Shown here piece after piece: positions 1 to 19,799 of a DNA stretch of 64,000 nucleotides. Numbering within the stretch: position 1 is the first letter of the stretch; every line of letters begins with the position of its first letter. The position numbers and the translations under genes are program-made. The stretch comes from the human T2T-CHM13v2.0 reference genome, Homo sapiens. The stretch is taken from the NCBI RefSeq assembly GCF_009914755.1, contig NC_060935.1; one strand, given 5' to 3'. The notes under the pieces were generated by a model, which was given only the letters and a program-made list of their open reading frames with translations, did no database searches and was not told the DNA's origin.

Positions 1-3000
1 AAGCATATTCAGTAACTTCATTTTTTGTGTGCATTCAACTCACAGAAGTCAACCTTTCTTTTGATAAAACAGTTTTGAAACACTCTTTTTGTAGAATCTG
101 CTAGTGGATATTTGGACTGCTTTGAGGCCTTTGTTGGAAATGGGAATATCTGCACATAAAAACTACACAGAAGCATTCTCAGAAACTTCTTTTTTATGTG
201 TGCATTCAACTCACAGAGTTTAATTTTTCTTTTGATAGAGCAGTTTTGAAACACTCTTCTTCTAGAATCTGCAAGTTGACATTTGGAGCGCTCTGAGGAC
301 AATGGCGGAAAAGGAAGTATCTCCACATAAAAACTAGACAGAAGCATTCTCAGAAACTTCTTTGTGATGATTGCCTTCAACTCACAGAGTTGAACACACC
401 TTTTCATAGAGCAGTTGTGAAACACCCTTTTTGTAGAATCTGCAAGTGGATATTGGGAACGCTTTGAGACCTTCGTTGGAAATGGGACTATCTTCACATA
501 AAATCTAGACAGAAGCATTCTCAGAATCTTCTTTGTGATGTGCACATTCAACTCACAGAGTTGAACCTTCCTTCTGATGGAGCAGTTTTGAAACACTCTT
601 TTTGTAGAATCTGCAAATGGATATTTGGAGCGCTTTGAGGCCTAAGGTTGAAACGGGGATATCTTCACATAAAAACTAGACAGAACCAGTCTCAGGAACT
701 TCTTTGTCATGTGTGCATTCAGCTGAAAGAGTTGACCTTTTGTTTTGATAGAGCAGTTTTGAAACACTCTTTTTGTAGAATCTGCAAGTAGATATTTGGA
801 CTGCTTTGAGGCCTGCTTTGGAAACGGGAATATCTTCACATAAAAACTAGACAGAAGCATTCTCAGAAACTTCTTTGTGATGTGTGCATTCAACTCACAG
901 AATTGAACAATCCTTTTGATAGGGCAGTTTTGAAACACTCTTTTTGTAGTATCTGCAAGTGGATATTGGGACCGCTTTGAGGCCTTCATTGGAAACGGGA
1001 ATATCTTCACATAAAAACTAGACAGAAGCATATTCAGAAACTTCTTTGTGATGTCTGCATTTTGCTCATTGAGTTGAACCTTCGTTTTGGTAAAGCAGTT
1101 TTGAAACACTCTTTTTGTAGAATCTGCAAGTGGATATTTGGAGAGCTTTGAGGCCTTCGTTGGAAACAGGAACATGTTCACATAAAAACTAGACAGAAGC
1201 ATTCTCAGAAACTTCTTTGTGATGTGTGTATTGAAGTCACAGAGTTGAACCTTCCTTTTGATATAGCAGTTTTGAAACACTCTTTTTGTGGAATCTGCAA
1301 GTGGATATTTGTACTGCTTTGGTGCCTTCATTGGAAACGGGAATACCTCCACATATAAACTAGACAGAAGCATTCTCAGGAACTACTTTGTTATGTGTGC
1401 ATTCAATTCACAGAGTTAAACCTTCCTATTGAGAGAGCAGTTTTGCAACACTTTTCGTAGAATCTGCAAGTGGATATTTGGAGAACTTTGAGGCCTGTGG
1501 TTGAAACGGGAATATCTTCATATAAAAACTAGACAGAAGCATTCTCAGAAACTACTTTGTGATGATTGTGTTCAACTCACAGAGTTGAACATACCTTTTC
1601 ATAGAGCAGTTTTGAAACACTCTTTTTGTAGAATCTGCAAGTGGATATTTGGACTGCTTTGAGGCCTACGGTTGAAATGGGAATATCTTCACATAAAAAC
1701 TAAACAGAATCATTCTCAGAAACTACTTTGTGTTGAGTGCATTCAACTTAGAGACTTGAACCTTCCGTTTGATAGTGTAGTTTTGAAACATTCTTTTTGT
1801 AGTATCTGCAAATGGATATTTGGAGCAATTTCAGGTGTATGGTTGAAACCGGAATATCTTCATGTAAAAACTAGACAGAAGCATTATCAGAAACTTCTTT
1901 TTGATGATTGCATTCAATGCACAGAGTTGAACATACCTTTTCATAGAGCACTTATGAAAAACTCTTTTTGTAGAATCTGCAAGTGAATATTTGGACCTCA
2001 TTGAGGCATTCATTGGAATAGGAATATCTTCACATAAAAACTAGACAGAAGCTTTCTCAGGAAATTCTTTTTTATGTGTGCATTGAACTCATGGAGTTGA
2101 ACATTGCTTTTGATAGAGCAGTTTTGAAACACTATTTTTGTAGAATCTGCCAGTGGATATTTGGACTGCTTTGAGGACTGCATTGGAAACTGGAATATCT
2201 TCACATGAAAACTAGACAGAAGTATTCTCAGAAACTTCTTTCTTATGTGTGCATACAACTCATAGAGGTGAACCTTCCTTTTGATAGAGAAGTTTTGAAA
2301 CACTCTTTTTGTGGGATCTGCAAGTGGATATTTGGAATGCTTTGAGGCCTTCGATTGAAACAGGGATATCTTCACATAAAAACTAGACAGAAGCTTTCTC
2401 AGAAACTTCTTTGGGATGATTGCATTCAACTCACAGAGTTGAACCTACCTTTTCATAAAGCAGCTTTGAGACACTCTTTTTGTAGAATCTGCAAGGTGAT
2501 ATTTGGAGAACTTTGAGGCCTGCGTTTGAAACGGGAATATCTTCACATGAAAATTAGAAAGAAGCATTCTCAGAAACTTTTTTGTTATGTATGCATTCAA
2601 CTCACGGAGTTGAAGCTTCCTTTTGACAGAGCATTTTTGAAACACTCTTTTTGTAGAATCTCCAAGTGGATATTTGGACTGCTATGAGGCCTTCGCTAGA
2701 AATGGAATATCTTCACATAAAAAGTAGAAAAAGGCATTCTCAGGAAATTCTTTAATATGTGTGCATTCAACTCACTGGGTTGAAACTTGTTTTTCATAGA
2801 GCAGTTTTGAAACACTCTTTTTGTAGATTCTGAAAGTGGATATTAGGACTGCTTTGAGGCCTTCGTTGGAAACTGGAATATCTTCACATGAAAATTCGAC
2901 AGAAGCATTCTCAGAAACATTTTTGTGATGTGTGCATTGAACTCACAGAGTTGAACCTTCGTTTTAATAGAGCTATTTTAAAACACTCTTTTTCTAGAAT

Positions 3001-5353
3001 CAGCAAGTGGATATTTGGAACGCTTTGAGGCCTATGTTTGAAACGGGGATATCTTCACATAAAAACTAGACAGAAGCATTCTCAGGAACTTCTTTGTGAT
3101 GTGTTCATTCAACTCACAGAGTTGAATTTTTCTTTGATAGAGCAGTTTTGAAACACTCTTTTTGTGGAATCTGCAAGTGGACATTTTGAGTGCTTTGAGG
3201 GCTATGGTCGAAAAGGAAGTATCTTCACATAAAAACTAGACAGAAGTATTCTCAGAAACTTCTTTCTGAAGATTGTATTCAACTCCCTGAGTTGAACACA
3301 CTTTTTCATAGAGCAGTTTTGAAACACTCTTTTTGTACAATCTGCAAGAGGATATTTGAAGTTCTTTGAGGCCTTTGGTGGAAAAAAGAATATCTTCACC
3401 TAAGAACTAGACAGAAGCATTCTCAGGAACTTCTTTGTGATGTTTGCATTCAACTCACAGACTTGAACATACCTTTTCATAGAGGAGTTTTGAAACACTC
3501 TTTCTGTAGAATCTGCAAGTGGATATTTGGACAGCTTGGAGGCCTTCGGTGGAAACGGGAATATCTTCATATAAAAACTAGACAGAAGCATTCTCAGAAA
3601 CTTCCTTGTAATGTGTGCATTCAACTAACAGAGTTGAACCTTCCTTTTAATAGAGCGGTTTTCAAACAATCCTTTTGTAGAATCTGCAAGCGGATATTTG
3701 GACCGCTTTGAGGCCTACGGATGAAACGGGAGTATCTTCACATAAAAACTATACAGAAGCATTATCAGAAACTTCTTTGCGATGATTGCATTCATCTCAC
3801 AGAGTTGAACATACCTTTACATAGAGCAGTTTTGAAACGCTTTTTGTGGAATCTGAAAGTGGATATTTGGACTGCTTTGAAACCTTCGTTGGAAACGAAA
3901 ATAACTTCACATAAAAACTAGACAAACATTCTGAGAAACTTCTTTGTGATGTGTGCTCAACGCACTGAATTGAACCTTCCTTTAGATAGATCAGTGTTGA
4001 AACACTCTTTTTCTATAGTATGCAGGTGCATATTTGGGGCACTTTGAGGTCTATGGTTGAAACTAAAATATCTTCACATAAAATCTAGAAAGAAGCATTC
4101 TCAGAAACTACTTTGCCATGTGGGCATTCAATTCAAACAGTTGAACTTTCCTTTTGATAGATCAGTTTTTAAACACTCTTTTTGTAGGATATGCAGGTGG
4201 ATATTTGGGGCACTTTGAGGTCTACGGTTGAAACGAAAATATCTTCACATAAAATCTAGACACAAGCATTCTCAGAAACTAGTTTGTTATGTGGGCATTC
4301 AACTCAAAGGTTGAACCTTCCTTTTGATAGATCGGTTTTGAAACACTCTTTTTGGAGAATCTGAAAGTGAATATTTGGACGGCTTTGAGGCCTTCATTGG
4401 AAACGGGAATATCTTCACATAAAAACTAGACAGAAGAATTCTCAGAAACTTCTTTGTTATGTGTGCCTTCAACTCACGGTGTTGAACCTTCTTTTTGATA
4501 GGGCAGTTTTGAAACACTCTTTTTGTAGAATCTGCAAGTGGATATTTGGAGCGCTTTGAGGCCTACGGTTGAAACGGGAATATCTTCACATAAAAACTAG
4601 ATAGAAACATTCACAGAAACTAATTTGTGATGTGTGCATTCAATTCACAGAGTTGAAATTTTCTTTTGATAGAGCAGTTTTGAAACACTCTTTTTGTAGA
4701 ATATGCCAGTGGACATTTATAGCGCTTTGAGGGTTATGGTGGAAAAGGAAGTATCTTCAAGTAAAAGCTAGACAGAAGCATACTCAGAAACTTCTTTGTG
4801 ATGTGTGCATTCAACTCACAGAGTTGAACGTTCCCTTTGATAGAGCAGTTTTGAAACACTCTTTTTGTAGAATCTGCAAGTGGATATTGGGACCGTTTTG
4901 AGGCATTCGTTGGAAACAGGAATATCTTCACATAAAAGCTAGACAGAAGCATTTTCAGAAACTTCTTTGTGATGAGTACATTCAACTCACATAGTTGAAC
5001 TTTCTTGTTGATAAAGCAGTTTTGAAATACTCTTTTTGTAGATCTGCAAGTGGATATTTGGAGCACTTTGAGGCCTTTGGTTGAAATGGGAATATCTTCA
5101 CATAAAAACTAGATAGAAGCATTCTCAGAAACTTCTTTGTGATGTGTGCATGCAACTCACAGAGTTGAACCTTCCTTTTGATACAGCAGATTTGAAACAC
5201 GATTTTTGTAGAATCTGCAAGGGAATATCTGAACTGCTTTGAGGCCTTCATTTGAATAGGGAATATCTTTATAGAAACTGGACAGAAGCATTCTCAGGAA
5301 CTTCTTTGTTAAGTGTGCATTCAACTCACAGGGTTGAAACTTCCTTTTGATGG
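1..5353 (+). repeat. Divergent (monomeric) alpha satellite, ~31 monomers of ~171 bp
   Basis: Tandem ~171-bp units with the canonical CATTCTCAGAAACTTCTTTGTGATGTGTGCATTCAACTCACAGAGTTGAAC core; neighbours clearly diverged; no homogeneous HOR period seen; ends abruptly at ...CCTTTTGATGG. Confidence 0.98.
3544..3560 (+). promoter_or_regulatory. CENP-B box (all 9 core nucleotides intact)
   Basis: CTTCGGTGGAAACGGGA matches NTTCGNNNNANNCGGGN; the only intact core I found in the left block. Confidence 0.85.
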
Positions 5354-6380
5354 TTGTCTTTACTTAAATTACAAAATTAGCTGGGGGCGGGGGGCGGGGA
5401 ATATGCATTAGAATGGAAGGAGAACATACTTAACATACCATTGGAAGGTGGAACTCCTAATACTTGAGAATATTTTTGAGAACTGTTTAATTCTCACTGT
5501 AGAAAGATGTCCCCTTTGAATGACATTAAAAATTCACCAGAAGAGTGAAGAATAATAGTTAAAATGTCACATAAGTAACAAGAGTGTCAAAACATAAAGT
5601 GTTCTCAAAGGTTAAAGTACGTATTTGAGATAGAGGAGAGAATAAATAAGAGTTAATTAATTAGACTTCATTAGGTGAAAAGACTTTTCTAAAATCTTCC
5701 GTAATAATAGAAGATATTAATTACAATAATTAAAATATACAAAAAATAAAAGCATTAAAATAGTGAAAAAATTTAAAAAGAGTAAACTTGAAAATTATTT
5801 AATTTTTAATCTCAAAAATCAGAAAGTGATTTTATCAATGTCTTAAAAAATTAAAATAAAAACCAACTTAATAATGTAAAAGATGGGAAGTTTCCACCGG
5901 GCTGGGTGCCAGAGCTAGGGCTTCCCTGAGGACGCAGAAGCAAGAAGCAGGGACCTTGGCACGCACCAGACTTTCCCTCCTGACAGAGCCTAAGCCCCCC
6001 GCCCACGCCTCAGGCCCCCGGCATGGTGCTGCTGGCTGGGACCCAGCCACAGGGTGGCGGGGAGCGCTGCGTGACCCTGCCACCGCCGTCCCCACTCCTA
6101 GGCACACAGGTCGAGGAGGACCGCGCTGACTGCAAAGAGTTCCAGGACTTCTCCAGTCTGCCCGACACCCGCAGCATCACCTGGGACGACTCTTTCTACA
6201 CTTTCCAGGAGGAGGAGGAGCACGGCTTCCAGGGCGTGGAGAGCGTACTGGAGGAGGGCGTCCTAGAGGAGGTCGTATTGGAGGCATGGGGCTGCTGCAG
6301 ACTTTGGTGCGGCAGGGGGTGAGCATTGAGAAGACGTAGGAGCTGACCACAATGGCTAGACCGGCCTTGATGTCGCCTGC
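5354..6380 (+). repeat. Older inverted paralog of 27718-28742 (~5% diverged)
   Basis: Reverse-complement match to 27718-28742; about 11 mismatches in ~200 bp checked at 5401-5606. Confidence 0.95.
5885..6380 (+). pseudogene. ANKRD33B: ANKRD33B processed pseudogene, 5' fragment (5'UTR, exon 1, start of exon 2), truncated by a 1863-bp deletion
   Basis: ORF 6023-6322 MVLLAGTQPQGGGERCVTLPPPSP...DFSSLPDTRSITWDDSFY matches the ANKRD33B N-terminus as I recall it; frameshifted, TAG at the NGR position; fused to an Alu at 6381. Confidence 0.9.
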
Positions 6381-6605
6381 AGATCACCTGAGGTTGGGAG
6401 TCTGAAAGTAGCCTGACCAACATGGAGAAAACCCGTCTCTACTAAAAATACAAAATTAGCCGAGCATGGTGGCACATGCCTGTAATCCCAGATACTCAGG
6501 AGGCTGAGGCAGGAGAATCGCTCGCACCCAGGAGGCAGAGGTGGCAGGGAGCCAAGATCGCGCCATTGCACTCCGGCCTGGGCAACAAGAGCCAAACTCT
6601 GACTC
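6381..6605 (+). mobile_element. 5'-truncated AluS (AluSp-like), copy of the Alu at 25630-25911
   Basis: AGATCACCTGAGG...CATGGAGAAA...CTACTAAAAATACAAAATTAGCC...GGCAACAAGAG. Confidence 0.93.
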
Positions 6606-12963
<6,358 letters not shown>

Positions 12964-12990
12964 TCATCACTTCAGCAGGTTGACACTCAC

Positions 12991-14868
12991 CTGGAGGTCA
13001 TGAAATCTGTTCTTTAGTCGAGTGATGGGTTGAGCACTGAGCTCTGAGCTCACACACTGGGGCATGTGCCGCTGCTCTGACTCACTCCTTTAAAGAGGAA
13101 AATACAATTGAGCTTTCTAATACCAAATATTTCATCACAGGATTTAAAAACAAATAATCATTCAAGGGAAATTCGTCTTTAAAACCCTTTTCTGATGTAG
13201 CAGTCCCAAATCATAGGGATTACGAACTTGAGCCACTGAGCCTAGACTGACTGATGTATCCTACCAATAAGCTATGTACATAAACTCATGTCTTCCCACT
13301 TCTCAGAACCATGAAATCAATCATTCCTCCTTTTCCTTCATTTATTTTTATTGTATCTTAACAGTACTAGAAGCCAAATTCATTCTTTTCTTAAACCTCT
13401 TTTATTCATTATATGACTTCCTAAAACACCTGAAGAAAGGTTATTATTCATCATTTCTTCAATATACACCCTTTGATATCGGACAGCTTACATGAGAGTC
13501 ATTGGAATTTATGGTGATTCACAGATAATTTTTTGCAGTATTAAGTTTTTAAATTAGTCTTTAATACCAAACCTCCCTACTCCATAGCCTGACCACTCTC
13601 TCTGAGCAGTAATCAATGCTGCATTGTACCCTCAGGATAGGAAGCCATGAGAAAAAACCTTCCTCAAGTCCTAAGCAACATGATTTCCACTCAAGTGGTA
13701 AGTGGATACATTTGTAGCATGTCTGTCTGAGGATGAATCTGAGGGAAAAGGCCTAATACTTACAATCCACTGGTTGGTTTTCCTGCTCTCCTCATTTAAC
13801 TTTCTTTGGTTTTCTTGAATTTTTGCCCCAAAAGAACTCGTTTGCTTCATTATCATCTCCTATAAAAGAACTATGAATTTGAACATCAGAGAAACAAATC
13901 GCTTTGGGTGTCAAACCCCCATTGATAAACAAATCAAGGGATGAGATATGAAAGAGATTTGGGAAGACCTCAGACTGTAGAACCACAACATGGAACGCAA
14001 CCAGTTTAATAGGAAAATCATAAGCAGGGCTAATTTACAGATAATGTGGCATCTTGCATCAGAATTGGAATCTACTGACACCGTGCCTTGCTAATTCTAG
14101 CATATTTTATTCTATTATTTGCAGCGTTGGTAAAGAGGTTTCTTATATAGAAGGCTTTTGAACTTGTAGTTTAGATAGCCAGAAACTCTTTCTGATATTG
14201 AGCTCTTTACAGTGCCTTGAACTTTAAACTAAATAGTCAAATTATTATAATGATTATTAACTTCATCACTCCCTCAGTGAAAGGCAAGTTCCAGGAAGGA
14301 AGGTATTTACACAGATTCTATTTAAATTTCTAACATTGATGCCTAGGCACAACAAGACATCCAGTACAGAACAGAATAATCCTCATGCTCTTCATCTTCC
14401 CCCTAATTTCTTTACCTGTGCCACCCTCTAGCTTTCAAAGTGCTCTCTGAGCCATCACTTACCCAGTGTTCCTTAGTTGCCCCTCACAGTGTCTGGGAGC
14501 CCCGTGCTCCTGAGTGTTCCAGAACAGCAAATGAAGCAGGCTCTTATCCACCGCTCCAAATATCTTTTTTTCTCCCTGTGGATCCCACACATTTATTCAT
14601 TAGAGCTCAGGAATTGCCAGAGACTGGCTTTTCTGGCAATGCACACTGGATTCTTCAGAAGAATATTGGTTTTGATGTCCTCCTGCTGTGACAGTTCCCC
14701 CCATGTGGGCAGCAGGTAGAAATTTTGGTTTCTTCCCAGGAAAGGCAGGGAAAGGGCCTACAGAAGCTGGGGCCGCAGCCTGTGATGATGGGGTCTACGA
14801 GTTAGTTCAGACAGAAGAGGCAGATGGGTTCTTTCTGTTAGGCTTGTGTGATATCTGAGACCATTTTC
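12991..14868 (-). pseudogene. TRIM43/49/51-family pseudogene, 5' part: RING/B-box exon 14463-14868, 96-bp coiled-coil exon 13764-13859, linker exon 12991-13087
   Basis: Minus strand cag|GAAAATG at 14868; [35 protein letters not shown]...[21 protein letters not shown]; donor gtaagt at 14462; exons EMIMKQTSSFGAKIQENQRKLNEESRKTNQWI and SESEQRHMPQCVSSELSAQPITRL with AG/GT borders; multiple stops and frameshifts. Confidence 0.92.
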
Positions 14869-15140
14869 CTGAAGGAAGGAAATTAGGAAAGGTATGATTA
14901 AAACTTCATCTTATGCCTTGGAGAAACAAAGGCCAAAGCAAAATTTGACTCAGGTTGTGACTCAGCGATAAACTTCTGTCTAGAGTAGAACAGGCTTTAT
15001 TTTGTATAAGACAAAAATCGAACCTGAGGCACAAAGAGAGCTCTTGGATCTGTAGGTAAAATTGTTGGGTTCGTGCACAACTCACAGGGCACTACATCCT
15101 CATCCTACTATTTTGTTTTGCATAGAAAAATGAACCTCAG

Positions 15141-15393
15141 AGAGGAGAGGTGTGATGGCTCACACCTGTAATCCCAGCACTTTGGGATGCCAAGGCTGGT
15201 AGATCAGGTTGGAGACCAGCCTGGCCAATATGTGAAACCCTGTCTCTACTAAAAACACAACAATCAGCCAGGAGTGGTGGAACATACCTGTAATCCCAGA
15301 AACTTAGGAGACTGGGCAGGAGAATTGCTTGAACCCTGAATTTTCAGTCAGCTGAGATTGAGCCACTACTCTTCAGCCTGAGCAATAAAGCAA

Positions 15394-15442
<49 letters not shown>

Positions 15443-15512
15443 GAGAATGAGAGAGAGAGAGAGAAAAAGAGAGAAAAAGGAAGAAAGAAATAAAGAAAGA
15501 AAAGAAAAGAAA
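15141..15512 (+). mobile_element. Old diverged Alu with (GAAA)n/(GA)n tail
   Basis: GGCTCACACCTGTAATCCCAGCACTTTGGGA...; degenerate TSD AAATGAACCTCAG / AAAGAAACCTCAG. Confidence 0.88.
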
Positions 15513-15644
15513 AGAAACCTCAGTTTTGTTGAGTTTTGACTTTACTCCAAAAAACTTCAGGTTTAAGAGTATGAAATTAGGACCAATTTATACCATTAGA
15601 TGATGGGTCCTGAATACTCTGAAAACCATTCTTAATGCTCATTG

Positions 15645-15698
15645 TGATTGGATTAGAAAAGATTGATTCAGTGCAAAAGAAAAAAAGTGATTGGTTTA
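15645..15698 (-). promoter_or_regulatory. Candidate DUX4 double-homeodomain sites upstream of the TRIM pseudogene
   Basis: TGATTGGATTA at 15645-15655 (= TAATCCAATCA, fits TAAYBBAATCA) and a one-mismatch TGATTGGTTTA at 15688-15698, ~0.8 kb upstream of the ATG at 14864. Confidence 0.55.
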
Positions 15699-16989
15699 GG
15701 AAATGGTATTTAACTGCAATTTTACTCTCATTGTTTCACTTAGATGTCATAATTTTCTCCTTTAAAGTATTTCAAAAAATCTCCGTCACAATCCACCACT
15801 GCAAAATGATTTCTAAAGAACCATTATTTATTTACTGAACATTGTGAAATTTGATCAGATTTCACCCAGAAATGCTGAAGAGGCATTTAGTATACACTAA
15901 AACAATATTATCCTCAAATTATTCAACACATTCCCTAAGTTGTATATTATAGAACATTCTGTCTTGTGCATATATTTTTGTGCCAAGTTTAGAACAGAGG
16001 GTATTACATTTATGTACAACATATAAAATAAAATATTCTCAATAAAATTTAGGATATACAACAAGTATGAAATTGCAAGATATCTGAAAACTATTTTCTG
16101 TGTTCTTAGAATACTTAGGAACAACTAAGGAATACATAAATGATACAAGTAAAATTAATCTTCACTGTATTTCACAAGTATGTAGGAAGACAGGATGATA
16201 AAATAAGAGTAAAAATGTTTTTACTAAGTAAGCAAATGACATCACTTATAGGAACAAGCTCAGTTTGTTGGAAAATTAAACACAGGGCAGTCTGTTTTGG
16301 GTTGGAAAAGTCGCAGGAACTCCTCCTCTGTTAGTTGTGTTCTCACCATAAAAATGTACTTATGGTCTCACTGAAACTTGCTGTAGAAGTAATACTATAA
16401 AATCTGATCAGGGATCAGGGCCTCACCATATAGTGGTAGTAGCTTTCAGACATCTTCGCAGCCAGTTCCAAAGCCTCTGTGTTTGTCCCAGCAAAGAATG
16501 AGCTTGACTACTTGTACCTCTTTATATTGAATCTCTGAAAAATCACACCCATTTCAAACAGGTTGTACAGTTCTTGGAGTTTGGGATAGCCATTAGGGTT
16601 CTTGATTAGGTTTCACCAGAAGAGAGGAAATGATTGATTCAACAACTTGGCTAATCTCCATAAACAAACTTTAAACTTCTTGTTATCAAGAACCACTGAG
16701 TTTACAACAAACGAACCCTCAAATACCAAATTTGTAGATAATTTTGGAGTCCCTTAATATTTTAATCATCAAAAGATGAGAAAGAGGATACCATCAATTT
16801 ATGATTTTAATAAATGTCTTCAAAAGTCTGGAATCGTTTTTCTCCTTTTTCTTTTTGTTTTTTTTCTTATGTTTTTGGAAATGTTTTGCCTGAAGTTGGC
16901 TTTAATTCTAATAGTCACTGAAGTAGACTTGAAATGCACTTTGCTGTTGCTTTTGAAGCTTGGTTTCAGGTTTTAATGTATTACTGTCA

Positions 16990-17142
16990 ATTTATATATA
17001 TATATAATGTATTTTATATAATATATATTTTTATACATATATAATATATATGTATTTTATATATATTATATATTATAATATGTATTTTATATATATTATG
17101 TATACACACACACATATATATATGTATATACATATATATATA
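16990..17142. repeat. (TA)n-rich low-complexity tract, probably the decayed tail of the adjacent Alu monomer
   Basis: Interrupted TATATA runs with repeated TAATATGTATTTTATAT units. Confidence 0.9.
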
Positions 17143-17292
17143 GATTGATGGATAGTCTGGTTCTGTAGCCTAGGCTGGAGTGCGGTGGTGCAATCACAGC
17201 TCACAGCAGCATTAAACTGCTAGGCTCAAGTGATTCTTTTGCCTCATTTTCTCATAGAGCCAAAATTACAGATGTGAGCCACTGCACCCAGT
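17143..17292 (-). mobile_element. FLAM/AluJ monomer
   Basis: GGCTGGAGTGCGGTGGTGCAATCACAGCTCAC...GCTCAAGTGATTC...GATGTGAGCCACTGCACCCAG. Confidence 0.85.
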
Positions 17293-18371
17293 CTATTAAT
17301 TCATGTTGTTGATAAAAGCATAAGAATTATCTTTATTATAAATTAAGAAACAGAATATCTTTAAGGAAATATTATATCTTTTAGGAAAAATAAAATCTTC
17401 AGTAGTTATAGACTCTTGTGAAAACCGCCGTTACCAATAGCAATTTTGTGTATGTCTATATAACACATACATACGTAAATATATATAATATATACATGAT
17501 TTTTTTCACATTTGGCAGTCATTTAAGAACTTCTTTTACCATATAAAATCTAATTTATATTGGTAAAAGTGAAATAAGTAAAATTTGCTGTTTAGTGAAA
17601 ACTTTGTTTAGCAAGTTAAATGAAGCTGTAGAAAGTGTGAATTGGATAATAGATATAAAGATATGTCATGAAGGCTTCACACATGGACAAATAGAGGTAA
17701 ACTAGGAGAGTGATAGTGACCTAAGGAGGATGAGAGTATCATGTATGTCCTATAAACAGCATAATGTGTGAGTGACTGTAGCACACAGTAGAGCTAAGTA
17801 GAGAAGATGAGGAGAGAACATATTCAAGGGTGTAATGTTTGATAATTTTTTCAGAGTAAGCAAATGAATTCAGGAAGCCAAAAAATCCCCATTTTGGATG
17901 TATAAAACATAAATTTACTTTGTTTTGCATGTGTAAAACAATACATTTTGGCTGATTTTTAGTATTTCTCTGTCTCTGTTGGCTGATTCATTATGATGTG
18001 TTTAAGATTGAAACCACACTGTAAAGAGCTCAATATCAGAAAGAGTTTCTGGCTATCTAAACTACAAGTTCAAAAGCCTTCTATATAAGAAACCTCTTTA
18101 CCAACGCTGCAAATAATAGAATAAAATATGCTAGAATTAGCAAGGCACGGTGTCAGTAGATTCCAATTCTGATGCAAGATGCCACATTATCTGTAAATTA
18201 GCCCTGCTTATGATTTTCCTATTAAACTGGTTGCGTTCCATGTTGTGGTTCTACAGTCTGAGGTCTTCCCAAATCTCTTTCATATCTCATCCCTTGATTT
18301 GTTTATCAATGGGGGTTTGACACCCAAAGCGATTTGTTTCTCTGATGTTCAAATTCATAGTTCTTTTATAG

Positions 18372-19240
18372 GAGATGATAATGAAGCAAACGAGTTCTTT
18401 TGGGGCAAAAATTCAAGAAAACCAAAGAAAGTTAAATGAGGAGAGCAGGAAAACCAACCAGTGGATTGTAAGTATTAGGCCTTTTCCCTCAGATTCATCC
18501 TCAGACAGACATGCTACAAATGTATCCACTTACCACTTGAGTGGAAATCATGTTGCTTAGGACTTGAGGAAGGTTTTTTCTCATGGCTTCCTATCCTGAG
18601 GGTACAATGCAGCATTGATTACTGCTCAGAGAGAGTGGTCAGGCTATGGAGTAGGGAGGTTTGGTATTAAAGACTAATTTAAAAACTTAATACTGCAAAA
18701 AATTATCTGTGAATCACCATAAATTCCAATGACTCTCATGTAAGCTGTCCGATATCAAAGGGTGTATATTGAAGAAATGATGAATAATAACCTTTCTTCA
18801 GGTGTTTTAGGAAGTCATATAATGAATAAAAGAGGTTTAAGAAAAGAATGAATTTGGCTTCTAGTACTGTTAAGATACAATAAAAATAAATGAAGGAAAA
18901 GGAGGAATGATTGATTTCATGGTTCTGAGAAGTGGGAAGACATGAGTTTATGTACATAGCTTATTGGTAGGATACATCAGTCAGTCTAGGCTCAGTGGCT
19001 CAAGTTCGTAATCCCTATGATTTGGGACTGCTACATCAGAAAAGGGTTTTAAAGACGAATTTCCCTTGAATGATTATTTGTTTTTAAATCCTGTGATGAA
19101 ATATTTGGTATTAGAAAGCTCAATTGTATTTTCCTCTTTAAAGGAGTGAGTCAGAGCAGCGGCACATGCCCCAGTGTGTGAGCTCAGAGCTCAGTGCTCA
19201 ACCCATCACTCGACTAAAGAACAGATTTCATGACCTCCAG
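18372..19240 (+). pseudogene. Duplicated TRIM-family exons (18372-18467 and 19144-19240) lacking the RING exon
   Basis: ag|GAGATGATAATG...TGGATT|gtaagt and ag|GAGTGAGTCA...CTCCAG|gtgagt; the arm begins mid-intron at 18017. Confidence 0.9.
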
Positions 19241-19259
19241 GTGAGTGTCAACCTGCTGA

Positions 19260-19799
<540 letters not shown>

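Larger units (their letters stand above)
14215..18016. other. Palindrome spacer (3802 bp, single copy in window)
   Basis: Lies between the inner ends of the two arms; contains the TRIM RING exon and its upstream region. Confidence 0.97.
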
